Assembly (NCBI GenBank): GCA_037134915.1
Contig: JBAXLJ010000001.1
Span: 229,484 to 293,483, forward strand
Source: Candidatus Falkowbacteria bacterium
GTDB lineage: Bacteria; Patescibacteriota; Patescibacteriia; Patescibacteriales; UBA12465
DNA length: 64,000 nt
Reading direction: 5' to 3'
The notes beneath the pieces were generated by a model that was given only the letters and a program-made list of their open reading frames with translations, was not told where the DNA came from and ran no database searches. Each line of letters opens with the position of its first letter. The first letter of the stretch is position 1. Positions 53,158 through 62,873 of the stretch are shown piece by piece. Made by a program: the position numbers and the translations under genes.

Positions 53158-53571
53158 ATGATCTCCAAGAAAAATAATAAAAATATTTTACAAAGGGGCA
53201 GCGCTTTACTGCTAACTTTATTTTTAGTGTCCGGGATTATGATTGTCGCTTTTGCTGGTTCTTATATTATTGTCTCTGGACTCAGATCAGGCGGTCTGCA
53301 ATATGATTCTTCACGGGCTTATTATACCGCCGAAAGCGGGGCCGAGTACTCTTTAATGCGAGTTCGGAAAATGGCCGATTTTGATATTAGAGATTTCTCA
53401 ATTCAGGATTTGTTAGATATTATTTTAGGATTTTTAGGCGGATCATCGAAAGCAATGCCTGATTCTTATCCGTCCTCGTTTAAGATTGATTATAAATCTT
53501 GGACGCCGATCGTTTTAACTTCCACTGGGACTTATGGCACGACTCAGCGAGGGGTGGAGATAAGTTTTTAA
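53158..53571 (+). CDS. PilX/GspK-like pilus-associated protein
   Basis: N-terminal hydrophobic helix RGSALLLTLFLVSGIMIVA; last gene of the minor-pilin set. Confidence 0.4.
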   Translation: MISKKNNKNILQRGSALLLTLFLVSGIMIVAFAGSYIIVSGLRSGGLQYDSSRAYYTAESGAEYSLMRVRKMADFDIRDFSIQDLLDIILGFLGGSSKAMPDSYPSSFKIDYKSWTPIVLTSTGTYGTTQRGVEISF

Positions 53572-53862
53572 TTTAAGAGTCTCTGGTGATATTTTGTGAG
53601 CTCGCTTCTCACTTTTTCTTCCATTTTTTGTCGAGTGATGGCGCCGGCACTATTTAAAATTTTTCTTTTTCTTGATTCTAATTCTTGAAAATAACTTTTT
53701 TCAGTTTACCTCTTTGTTGCCCTCTTTTTGAACTATCCAGTAATCCTGGATAGTTTGATTTTCGTTAAGTTCAGACTCATTATACACATTTTGTAAATGT
53801 AAACTAATGGTTCTGATATCTTTTTTTAAAAGACTATCCAGAGGATAGTCTTTTAGAACTAA

Positions 53863-54468
53863 TTAGATTATTGAAAACTTTTTAAGTCCGTCTTTGATTT
53901 CTTTTTCAGGGGTTATGTTCCCTGGGAGATAAACGACTTCTTCGCTATAATCGATATCTTTGAAATAGGCTAAAGCCTCTCTAAAGGCCCTGACATTGAA
54001 TTCTTCGCCGAATATTTGTTTTGCTTTGGCGGCTATTTTTTTAACGGAGTAGTGTTTAGAAATTATAAAATATAAATCAACATAATCTTTCCATTTATTG
54101 CGACGGCTTAAGGCATAAGCTTTCATCGCCGCTAAGGTTAGTAAATCTGGCATTTTTATCAACTCGGACGATACTTTTATTTTAAAAGGGTATTCTAAAA
54201 AGGTAAATTGCACTCCTTTAATGTAAAAAGTAAATTGTCCAGCTTCATCAAGAGCAACCTTGCTTATTTTTTCGCCCGCTTCGTTAATTATTTTTTTTAT
54301 CTTAGCGTTGCTAAATTTTTTAGAAGTAAATAAATCAAAATCAATCGATTCACGATGTCCTAAATAAAGAGCGATAGCTGTACCGCCGACCAAGAAGAAA
54401 TCTTTAGAAAATTTATTGACCAGCGGAAGAAGTCTGGTTTGTTCGGCACTTAAAATTTCTTTATGCAT
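53863..54468 (-). CDS. Nucleotidyltransferase AbiEii/AbiGii-family toxin (start at internal ATG 54468)
   Basis: FFLVGGTAIALYLGHRESIDFDLF signature. The start overlaps the upstream gene stop in ATGCATAA. Confidence 0.78.
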   Translation of the reverse strand: MHKEILSAEQTRLLPLVNKFSKDFFLVGGTAIALYLGHRESIDFDLFTSKKFSNAKIKKIINEAGEKISKVALDEAGQFTFYIKGVQFTFLEYPFKIKVSSELIKMPDLLTLAAMKAYALSRRNKWKDYVDLYFIISKHYSVKKIAAKAKQIFGEEFNVRAFREALAYFKDIDYSEEVVYLPGNITPEKEIKDGLKKFSII

Positions 54469-54727
54469 ACTGTTTAAAATAGAGAGTAAAATAATTTTTA
54501 GTTTTATCGCGGTAATTGTTTCTTTTTTGTTTAATTTGCTTTTTGAAAATAAGCGCTGTCTTTTGTGTTCCCAAGATTTTGAGTAAAAGCAAAACGTCAT
54601 CCCAATCGCCGTAATTAAGAGTCGCTTCAACAATAGCCTCGTCGGATAAACGCTGATAGTTTTTAACCCACCAAATTAAATGGGGGCGTTTTTTGATAAA
54701 ATTTATGATTTTTTGTCGTTCTAGCAT
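54461..54727 (-). CDS. Small protein translationally coupled to the AbiEii toxin (putative antitoxin)
   Basis: 88 aa; 8-nt overlap with the toxin start. Family not recognised. Confidence 0.45.
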   Translation of the reverse strand: MLERQKIINFIKKRPHLIWWVKNYQRLSDEAIVEATLNYGDWDDVLLLLKILGTQKTALIFKKQIKQKRNNYRDKTKNYFTLYFKQYA

Positions 54728-54963
54728 AGCTTTATTTTAACATATTTAGTCGGTATTTTCAAGGTGGTCGGTATTTATTTTTTCAGTAATAAAATTAATT
54801 ATTAGATGGCTATAAATAATTGTTGGCGAGTAAAATTTAAATAATTTACTAACTACTTCAAGACCTTTTAAAATAAGGCTGAAAATCACTTCTAAAACCT
54901 TTGCGCGACCGCCTAAAAATTGGTATAATTTACTTAGTTGTAAGAGGCGGATTAGAAGAGCCT

Positions 54964-57900
54964 ATGCTTAAAGAAAACAACAAGAAAAAAACAATCAGAC
55001 GCCTGACTAAGGTCTGTCTTTTTGTTTTACTCTTAGCTGGTTCTTTTTTGTTTGGGGCTAATTCTCGGGCCGCTAATAATGACTATAATAAAATCGCCAC
55101 TAGCACCCTAACGGCGGTGGAGTGGAATAATTTAATTAATGATTTTGTAAATACTTGGAAGTCGGATTCAATGGTTGGTCCTTTGGGAATTGGAACAACT
55201 AATCCTTTGTATTCTTTGGATGTCAACGGCACTGGTTCTTTTAACCAACCTTTAATTGTGGGGACGCCAACGGCCTCTAATCACGCGGCGACTAAAAATT
55301 ATGTCGACTCGATTATTGGTGGCGGCTCTGGTTCAACGGTTGGTTATTGGACGATGAACGGTATAAATATAAATAATTCTAATGCGGGTAATGTGGGGAT
55401 TGGAACAGCTTCGCCAGCTAGTAAACTTGATGTCGTGGGCAATGCGGCTATTTCCGGAACACTGACGGTGCCAACAATTAATGGATTAAGTATCTCTAAT
55501 TTCTACGGACCTAATAACGCTATTACTTGGAATGTGACAGCGCCGGCTTCTTATACTAACAATAATGTGGTCGCTCCGGATTTTACCACCACGGCGGCGA
55601 CTCTTAATTTTACAGCTGGTAATGGTAGTCACTGGGATTTATACAATGCTATGTCTGGCTTGACTCCGGGCGCTTCTTACACGGTGTCGCTTTATGTGAA
55701 ATTAGGAACTTCAACTAACTTTTCTTTAGTCGTAAACAACGCGGCAGCTTGGAATACGATTGGCGGTCGAGTATTTACGGCAGCTGATGGTTTAAGCACT
55801 TCAGCTTGGAAACAAATTTCTTATACTTTTACAGAGCCAGTTGGAAAAACGACTGCCAATATCCATATCGGAGCTAATCAAGAAACGGCTTTAACGGGAA
55901 CACCGCAGGTAGTTGGCTCGGTTTATGTTTGGGGATTTCAAGTAGTGCAAAATAACGCTGGAACCTTGGCTCTACAGCCAACAGTTGGAAACGTGGGAAT
56001 TGGTGTCTCGGCGCCAGGAAGCAAATTATCAATCAGGGGGGCTTCCGGAAGTAATGCTCTGGAAATCCAAAGAGCCAGTGATGGTGCTTCAATGATCACT
56101 GTTGATGATTGGGGGCAATTAAATGCTAGTCATGGTTTTATGATCAGTGCTGGTGGTGGTTATAGTGGTAATTCTGTTTTAGATGTTAGGTCATCATCGG
56201 CCGGTCATATTCCGTTTTCGGTTTTAGGTTATAGCGGTCAGACTGGTAATTTAGTAAACATCACTAGCAATGGCGGCACTCAAGGTAATTTATTTAATAT
56301 TCAGGCTAATGGAAATGTCGGGATTGGGACGACTAATCCTTTGGCTCCATTAGCAATTGTAACCCCGAGTAGCGGTAATTATGAGGCTATTAGAATAAAC
56401 AGGGATGCTACTGGGGCGACATATTGGAGTTTAGGATCTGTATATAATAATACAAATCCAGATTTGATTTTTAAAGTTAATGGAGGCGAAAAAATTAGAT
56501 TTGATGTAAATGGCAACGTCGGTATTGGAACAACGAGCCCACTTTTCAAATTAGATGTAAACGGTACCGGTTCCTTTAATCAACCAGTTGTTGTTGGTAC
56601 GCCAACTATCGCTAGTCACGCGGCGACTAAAAATTATGTTGACTCGGCTATCGGCGGTGGCTCTGGTTCAACGGTTGGTTATTGGGCAATGAATGGAACT
56701 AATATTAATAATTCTAATGCTGGAAACGTTGGAGTCGGGACTACGACTCCTGGTTTTAAGTTAGATGTTAATGGTAATGCCAGATTTACTGATATCTACA
56801 ACTCGGGAACAGTTTTAAAAAAATCTCCATATGAATATTACGGCAGTGTTTATTTAAGTAACACTCTTGATAGTACTAATAATACGGCCTATGTTAATAT
56901 TGGAACTTTTCAAGATGGCTTTACTCATATAAACGTAGAAGTTGAGCTTGTTCCTTGGTTATTTAGCACTGGTAATATAGGTAGCTATCAAAAGTCTTAT
57001 ACGATTAGAATGACGGCTGCTAGTCCTGGGATAGTAAATGTCTATGATTCACGGGTTATTAAAGATGTTGGTCAGACTGGAGACAGATATCAGATTGGGA
57101 CACCCGAAGCTGATGCCAATAATTTACTAAGAATTCCTATTAAATATATTGGTGCTGGCGGTGGCAATCAAATTCAAGCTTTTGTTCGTGTTACTGGCAC
57201 TATGTCGGGAAATATTGACGATGTCAGTCTTTCGGCTGTCGCCGCCACTCCAGTTTCGGCCGGAACACAGGAGTATATGAGTTTCAGAAATAGGTTGGGG
57301 ATTGGAATTACAAATCCTTTAGGAACTCTTCATGTTTCAAACGCTTCTTCTACTAATGCGTTGGTTGTATCTTCTGGAGGACAAATAGGTGTAGGAATCG
57401 CTACGCCACAATCAATAGGAACTAATTATGGAACTATAGATGTGCGAGGCCCTAGTGGTGGTGGCTTTTTCTTTGGTCCGTCTGCTGGCCCATCCGGTTT
57501 ATTTTATTCTAACGGTTCTCAATTATACATGGGTTCGTATACAAACATACCACTTAATCTTCAAACAAATAATTTAGTAAGAGCCACAATAGATGGTGGT
57601 GGCAATGTTGGTATCGGTACTACCTCCCCATTGTATAAACTAGACGTTAATGGCACCGGCTCCTTCAACCAACCAGTGATTGTAGGCACACCAACCATCG
57701 CTAGCCACGCGGCCACTAAAAATTATGTTGATTCAGCTTTAAGTGGTGGTTCTGGTTCCACTGTTGGTTATTGGGTGATGAATGGAACTAATATTAATAA
57801 TTCTAATGCAGGAAATGTGGGCATTGGAACAACAAATCCTGGAGGGGTGCTGCAAGTTACTGGCACAGAAAATAGTCGAGTGATATTAAGTCAATCTACT

Positions 57901-59283
57901 TTTGATTATGCTAAAAAAAGTCCAAAATTATCATTTTTCGCATACGGAGATAATGGCTTGATTACAGGTCCTTCAATTCAAAAAACAAGCACTGGTTCTT
58001 ATGGGGCTGGTAATTTAGGATTTATTCAACATCCTACGGGTGATTACACAACAGAAGTTGAGGTCATGACTATAACCCCAACCGGTAACGTCGGGATTGG
58101 GACGACCTTGCCGAATGGAAAGTTAGATATTAGAGATGCTAATAATGCCGCAATATACCTTTCATCAAGTGCGGCTGATGCCACTTCAGCTACCTCAAAG
58201 ATATATAGTGGTTATGGTGGCTCTGGCGGATGGGCGAATACATATTTAAGATTTGCTACTTCGCCTGCATCTGGCACTTTTAATGATTCGATGACAATTT
58301 TGGGAAACGGTAATATTGGGGTTGGAACGACTAATCCATTACAATTATTAGATGTGCGCTCGGCTAATGCTACCGCTCCTATTATAGCCGCTGGGTCAAC
58401 GCTTTCTTCTTATTCTGCTAATTCAGTAGTATCGACAATTTCTTTGGGGTCATATTATACAACTGGTTTGCAATTCTATTCAGCTGGGCAAATTTCTGGT
58501 AAATTAGATGAAGTGCTTAATTATTTAGCCGATGAAATGGAGAAAAGTTATGATATGGCCTCGAAGGTTAAGGGGGCGATGATTTATCCAATTTTTATCT
58601 TAGTCGGACTAATTGGCGTGGCGATTGTTTTGATGGTTTATGTAATTCCTAATTTGACTTCGGTGCTGACAGAGTCGGGCGCCGAATTACCCTTTGCCAC
58701 TCGCGTGGTTATTGGCACTTCTAATTTTTTAACTAAATATTTATTATTGTTATTTTTGGCCTGTGTTGGTTTAGCTTTCTTGGCCCGTTTATATCTTAAG
58801 ACTTATAACGGTCAGCGTAATTTAGATATTGTTAAGTTGCGGATGCCAATTTTTGGCACACTCTTTAAATATATTTATCTGATGCGTTTTACCCGTTCGC
58901 TCTCTACCTTACTTAAAGGTGGCGTGACTATTACTAAGAGTTTAGAGATTGTGGCTGATGTGGTCAGTAACGTTATTTATAAGGAAATTATTTTAGCTAC
59001 TTTAGAATCGATCAATGATGGTAATCCATTATCTACGGTTATGGAAAACGAACCAACAATTCCGAAAATGGTGCCACAAATGTTAGCGGTTGGTGAACGT
59101 ACCGGTAAGATTGATGTGGTTCTGGATAAAATTACCGAATTTTATAGTCGGGAAGCGGATAAAATGCTGGCTAATTTAAGTACCTTGATGGAGCCAGTGA
59201 TTATGACCGTAATGGGTATCGGCGTCGGAATTATGGTGGCGGCGGTTATTATGCCGATGTATAACATGGCTAGCCAGTTCTAA
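54964..59283 (+). CDS. Chimeric ORF: ~1,177-aa tail-fibre-like repeat surface protein fused in frame at nt 58494 to PilC residues ~140-401
   Basis: Signal/TM MLKENNKKKTIRRLTKVCLFVLLLAGS. Three copies of GIGTT.P..KLDVNGTGSFNQP..VGTPT..SHAATKNYVDS..GGGSGSTVGYW.MNG.NINNSNAGNVG. The C-terminal 262 aa are identical to the pilC product. Confidence 0.7.
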   Translation: MLKENNKKKTIRRLTKVCLFVLLLAGSFLFGANSRAANNDYNKIATSTLTAVEWNNLINDFVNTWKSDSMVGPLGIGTTNPLYSLDVNGTGSFNQPLIVGTPTASNHAATKNYVDSIIGGGSGSTVGYWTMNGININNSNAGNVGIGTASPASKLDVVGNAAISGTLTVPTINGLSISNFYGPNNAITWNVTAPASYTNNNVVAPDFTTTAATLNFTAGNGSHWDLYNAMSGLTPGASYTVSLYVKLGTSTNFSLVVNNAAAWNTIGGRVFTAADGLSTSAWKQISYTFTEPVGKTTANIHIGANQETALTGTPQVVGSVYVWGFQVVQNNAGTLALQPTVGNVGIGVSAPGSKLSIRGASGSNALEIQRASDGASMITVDDWGQLNASHGFMISAGGGYSGNSVLDVRSSSAGHIPFSVLGYSGQTGNLVNITSNGGTQGNLFNIQANGNVGIGTTNPLAPLAIVTPSSGNYEAIRINRDATGATYWSLGSVYNNTNPDLIFKVNGGEKIRFDVNGNVGIGTTSPLFKLDVNGTGSFNQPVVVGTPTIASHAATKNYVDSAIGGGSGSTVGYWAMNGTNINNSNAGNVGVGTTTPGFKLDVNGNARFTDIYNSGTVLKKSPYEYYGSVYLSNTLDSTNNTAYVNIGTFQDGFTHINVEVELVPWLFSTGNIGSYQKSYTIRMTAASPGIVNVYDSRVIKDVGQTGDRYQIGTPEADANNLLRIPIKYIGAGGGNQIQAFVRVTGTMSGNIDDVSLSAVAATPVSAGTQEYMSFRNRLGIGITNPLGTLHVSNASSTNALVVSSGGQIGVGIATPQSIGTNYGTIDVRGPSGGGFFFGPSAGPSGLFYSNGSQLYMGSYTNIPLNLQTNNLVRATIDGGGNVGIGTTSPLYKLDVNGTGSFNQPVIVGTPTIASHAATKNYVDSALSGGSGSTVGYWVMNGTNINNSNAGNVGIGTTNPGGVLQVTGTENSRVILSQSTFDYAKKSPKLSFFAYGDNGLITGPSIQKTSTGSYGAGNLGFIQHPTGDYTTEVEVMTITPTGNVGIGTTLPNGKLDIRDANNAAIYLSSSAADATSATSKIYSGYGGSGGWANTYLRFATSPASGTFNDSMTILGNGNIGVGTTNPLQLLDVRSANATAPIIAAGSTLSSYSANSVVSTISLGSYYTTGLQFYSAGQISGKLDEVLNYLADEMEKSYDMASKVKGAMIYPIFILVGLIGVAIVLMVYVIPNLTSVLTESGAELPFATRVVIGTSNFLTKYLLLLFLACVGLAFLARLYLKTYNGQRNLDIVKLRMPIFGTLFKYIYLMRFTRSLSTLLKGGVTITKSLEIVADVVSNVIYKEIILATLESINDGNPLSTVMENEPTIPKMVPQMLAVGERTGKIDVVLDKITEFYSREADKMLANLSTLMEPVIMTVMGIGVGIMVAAVIMPMYNMASQF
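55184..55410 (+). repeat. Internal coding repeat A of the large surface protein
   Basis: ~75-aa module; see repeats B and C. Confidence 0.8.
56518..56750 (+). repeat. Internal coding repeat B
   Basis: Same module; DNA diverged mostly at synonymous positions. Confidence 0.8.
57607..57840 (+). repeat. Internal coding repeat C
   Basis: Same module. Confidence 0.8.
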
Positions 59284-59365
59284 CTCTTGTAGTGTTTATT
59301 GATTATGATATAATATTAAGGTATTATAATTTATATACTAAAATAAATAGTTTAAAAAAAATTTT

Positions 59366-59779
59366 ATGAAGAAGAAAGGTTTTACCTTGATTGAATTACT
59401 CGTCGTTGTGGCCATTATCGGATTGCTGGCGACCCTATCAATCGTGGCTTTAAATAACGCTCGTGCCCGGGCTCGTGATGCTAAGCGGGTGGCCGATGTT
59501 AAACAAGTTCAAACCGCTCTAGAGCTTTATTATAACGATCAAGGTTCTTACCCAACCTCAATTCCAACCTCCGGAGTAATGATTGCTAGCGGAACAACAG
59601 TTTACATGAATCAGATTCCTGTTGCCCCAACTCCATTTGATGGTGGTTGCACCGCCGCTAACAACTCTTATGTTTATGCCGGCACCTCTCAGACTTACAC
59701 TTTAACTTACTGTTTAGGTAACGCCACTGGTGGCATTGTCGCCGGTTACGGCACCGCCACTCCAGCGGGTATCAGATAA
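59366..59779 (+). CDS. Type IV pilin paralog 1, duplicate copy
   Basis: Protein identical to 46686..47099. Confidence 0.9.
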   Translation: MKKKGFTLIELLVVVAIIGLLATLSIVALNNARARARDAKRVADVKQVQTALELYYNDQGSYPTSIPTSGVMIASGTTVYMNQIPVAPTPFDGGCTAANNSYVYAGTSQTYTLTYCLGNATGGIVAGYGTATPAGIR

Positions 59780-59911
59780 ATATCTAGCTTTATTATAAGA
59801 ATCAAGTATTTCTAAAAAAGATACTTGATTTTTTTATTTTGGTGATATTTATTTGCTATAGATTATAAAAAGTTGTATACTTTTAGCGTAATATTTTTTT
59901 AGTAAAACAGT

Positions 59912-60337
59912 ATGCACAAGAAAGGTTTCACCTTGATCGAGTTGTTAGTGGTCGTGGCTATTATCGGGCTTCTAGCTACACTGTCTATGGTAGCGTTAAA
60001 TAATGCCCGAGCTCGATCGCGTGACGCTAAAAGAGTGGCTGATGTCAAACAAATGCAAACTGCTCTCGAACTTTATTTTAATGATCAGGGAACTTATCCT
60101 TCAGCGGTGCCTACTTCCGGAACGACCATTGCTAGCGGCACGGTTGTTTATATGAATAAGGTGCCTGTGCCGCCGCTGCCCGTTGATGGCACTTCTTGCC
60201 CCGCGAATCCGACGGCCTATACTTACGGTCAAACTGATTCGGGCAGATCTTACACTATCGCTTATTGTTTAGGAAATACCACCGGCGGAATTGCGGGTAA
60301 CGTGGTGTCGACGGCTACCCCAGCTGGCATAAAATAA
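59912..60337 (+). CDS. Type IV pilin paralog 2, duplicate copy
   Basis: Protein identical to 47232..47657. Confidence 0.9.
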   Translation: MHKKGFTLIELLVVVAIIGLLATLSMVALNNARARSRDAKRVADVKQMQTALELYFNDQGTYPSAVPTSGTTIASGTVVYMNKVPVPPLPVDGTSCPANPTAYTYGQTDSGRSYTIAYCLGNTTGGIAGNVVSTATPAGIK

Positions 60338-60394
60338 TTTATTTAAAAACTTTAAAACATTTAAAATATTTGTTTTAATCTAATTTATCTCAAT

Positions 60395-60826
60395 ATGAAC
60401 AAGAAAAAAGGTTTTACCTTAATTGAATTGCTGGTGGTAGTCGCTATCATCGGCTTGCTAGCCACTTTATCAATTGTGGCCTTAAATAATGCTCGTGCTC
60501 GGGCTCGTGACGCTAAAAGAATCGCTGATATCAAGCAGATTCAAACCGCTTTAGAGCTTTATTACAATGATTGGGCAACTTACCCTGGCTCTATAAGCTC
60601 AGGAAGTGCAATTGCTAGCGGTACTGTCTATATGAATCAGGTACCAAACGCTCCAACTCCATTTGATAACAGTGGAACAGCTAATTGTACTGCCGCTAAC
60701 AATCTTTATACTTATGCGGTTACTGGCGGAGCTTCACAAACTTACACTTTGACTTACTGTCTCGGTAATGCCACTGGTGGCGTTGCGGCTGGTTTAGGAA
60801 CAGCGACTCCGGCCGGTATTAAATAA
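60395..60826 (+). CDS. Type IV pilin paralog 3, duplicate copy
   Basis: Protein identical to 47715..48146. Confidence 0.9.
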   Translation: MNKKKGFTLIELLVVVAIIGLLATLSIVALNNARARARDAKRIADIKQIQTALELYYNDWATYPGSISSGSAIASGTVYMNQVPNAPTPFDNSGTANCTAANNLYTYAVTGGASQTYTLTYCLGNATGGVAAGLGTATPAGIK

Positions 60827-60935
60827 AAAATTGTTTAGTTTAAAAATCAAGCGCCTAAAAACGCTTGATTTTTTGTTGCCACTAAGAGAAAAAAGTTGTA
60901 TAGTTTTATTTATAATTACTTTTTATTTAAAAAAT

Positions 60936-61358
60936 ATGAGAAAAAAAGGTTTTACCTTGATTGAATTACTAGTCGTGGTGGCCATTATCGGCTTACTGGC
61001 GACCCTATCGATCGTGGCCCTAAACAATGCCCGAGCTCGATCGCGCGACGCTAAACGAGTAGCCGATGTGAAGCAGATGCAAACGGCTTTGGAGCTTTAT
61101 TTTAATGATAACGCCTCTTATCCAAGTAGCGTGACCCCCGGTGGCGTCATTAGTGTCACCAGCACAGTTTATATGAATCGGGTTCCAGTGCCACCACTGC
61201 CAGCTGATGGCGGCGCGCTTTGTCCGGCTAACCCGACGGCTTATACTTACGGTCAAACTGATTCCGGCCGTTCTTACACGATTTCTTATTGTTTAGGTTT
61301 CACCACCGGAACGATTTTGCCTGGCGTCGGCACGGCGACACCAGCTGGTATTGATTAG
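60936..61358 (+). CDS. Type IV pilin paralog 4, duplicate copy
   Basis: Protein identical to 48256..48678. Confidence 0.88.
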   Translation: MRKKGFTLIELLVVVAIIGLLATLSIVALNNARARSRDAKRVADVKQMQTALELYFNDNASYPSSVTPGGVISVTSTVYMNRVPVPPLPADGGALCPANPTAYTYGQTDSGRSYTISYCLGFTTGTILPGVGTATPAGID

Positions 61359-61444
61359 AATTTTCAAATTTTTGGCCTTAATCCCGACTCGTAATCCTGC
61401 GAGCCGGGATTTTCTTTTGCCAGAAAAATCGGTATAATGAAAGT

Positions 61445-62413
61445 ATGAAAATTTTGCCTTTACTGAATACAAAAGTTGTTCAGGATTTTTTAGTCAAAGC
61501 CGCACCTAATTCGGGGGCGGAGTTTTTGGCGTCTCTTGAGTGGGCGGAAATTTTAAAAACTGAAGGGGCCAAAGTCGAAACTCTAGGCGTTTATAATGAC
61601 AATCAAGAACTAGTGGCCGTTTTTAATTTAATTTACCAGCGTCTATCCGTGGTTTATTCGCCACGCGGTCCGGTTTTTAATCGGGGTTTATCCCAAGGCG
61701 AGCAAGTGGAAATCCTACAATTTTTAATCACTTATTTAAGAAATAAAAAGATAATTTTTTGGCGGGTTGAGCCTCGGGAAATTTTACCCCCAGGTTTAAG
61801 CTTTAAAAAAGTTAAAAATTTACAGCCTCAAAAAACTTTAATGCTGAATTTAGAAGTTAGTGAGACGGAGTTGTTAAATAGTTTTCATCCAAAAACACGC
61901 TACAACATTAAATTAGCTGACAAGAAAGGCGTGGTTATTCGTGAGGGGGTAAATGCTACCGATTTTGAAGACTTTTGGTCTTTGATGGGTGAGACGGGTC
62001 GTCGCGATGCTTTTAAAATCCATAACAAAAATCATTATTTAAAACTGGCGACCGCTAAACCGGAATTTATTAAATTACTTTTGGCCCAAGTTAATCATCA
62101 GACGGTAGCCGCTGGTTTGTTTGCTTTCTATGGTAATAAAGTAACTTATTTACACGGCGCCTCTTCATATCAAAATCGGCAATTAATGGCGCCCTATCTT
62201 CTGCAGTGGACTTTAATTAAAATGGCGCGGGCGAGTCATTATAAGTACTATGATTTCTACGGCGTGGACGGACTTAAATGGCCGGGAGTGACTCGTTTTA
62301 AATTAGGCTTTTCTGGTTTTTCGGTTTCCTATGCGGGCACCTACGATTTAATTTTAAATCCAATAAAATATTATTTATATAACCTGCTTAAAAAAGTTAA
62401 ACGTTTTTTATGA
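61445..62413 (+). CDS. FemAB-family aminoacyltransferase, duplicate copy
   Basis: Protein identical to 48765..49733. Confidence 0.78.
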   Translation: MKILPLLNTKVVQDFLVKAAPNSGAEFLASLEWAEILKTEGAKVETLGVYNDNQELVAVFNLIYQRLSVVYSPRGPVFNRGLSQGEQVEILQFLITYLRNKKIIFWRVEPREILPPGLSFKKVKNLQPQKTLMLNLEVSETELLNSFHPKTRYNIKLADKKGVVIREGVNATDFEDFWSLMGETGRRDAFKIHNKNHYLKLATAKPEFIKLLLAQVNHQTVAAGLFAFYGNKVTYLHGASSYQNRQLMAPYLLQWTLIKMARASHYKYYDFYGVDGLKWPGVTRFKLGFSGFSVSYAGTYDLILNPIKYYLYNLLKKVKRFL

Positions 62414-62871
62414 TTGAAATTACCAACACCACCAAACTTAAAATAAATAAAAAACAGCTGACTAATTTGAGTGAAGCCTTTTTGCAGACTTTTAAAAAAA
62501 GCCGCGTGGATGTTTCAATCGCTATTGTCGGCGACTTACAGATTAAAAGGCTTAATGATAAATATCGCGGACACAACACCACAACAGACGTCTTGTCTTT
62601 TGCGGGAGCGGAGTGGGAAGGGAATCTGCTTGGCGAACTGATTATTAATCCCCGAGAAATAAAGCGCTTACATAAATATCGCGAGATTTTGGAATTTGTT
62701 GGATTAAAATATCCGCCAGTTAAGCTTAAATCAGCGGAGACTTATTTATTTTATTTTATTTTGATTCACGGACTCTTGCATCTAATCGGTTATAACGATG
62801 AAACTGAAGAAGATCGTTTGCAAATGCTGCAAATCGGTCGCGATTTTTTGGACAAACATGGTATAATTTAA
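62410..62871 (+). CDS. ybeY: YbeY endoribonuclease, duplicate copy
   Basis: Protein identical to 49730..50191. Confidence 0.86.
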   Translation: MIEITNTTKLKINKKQLTNLSEAFLQTFKKSRVDVSIAIVGDLQIKRLNDKYRGHNTTTDVLSFAGAEWEGNLLGELIINPREIKRLHKYREILEFVGLKYPPVKLKSAETYLFYFILIHGLLHLIGYNDETEEDRLQMLQIGRDFLDKHGII

Positions 62872-62873
62872 TT

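Noticed and set aside
55184-57840. Diversity-generating retroelement (template/variable repeat pair) in the large surface gene
   Set aside because: The three repeat copies differ by all substitution types, mostly at synonymous positions, not by adenine-specific changes. No reverse transcriptase gene is present in the window.
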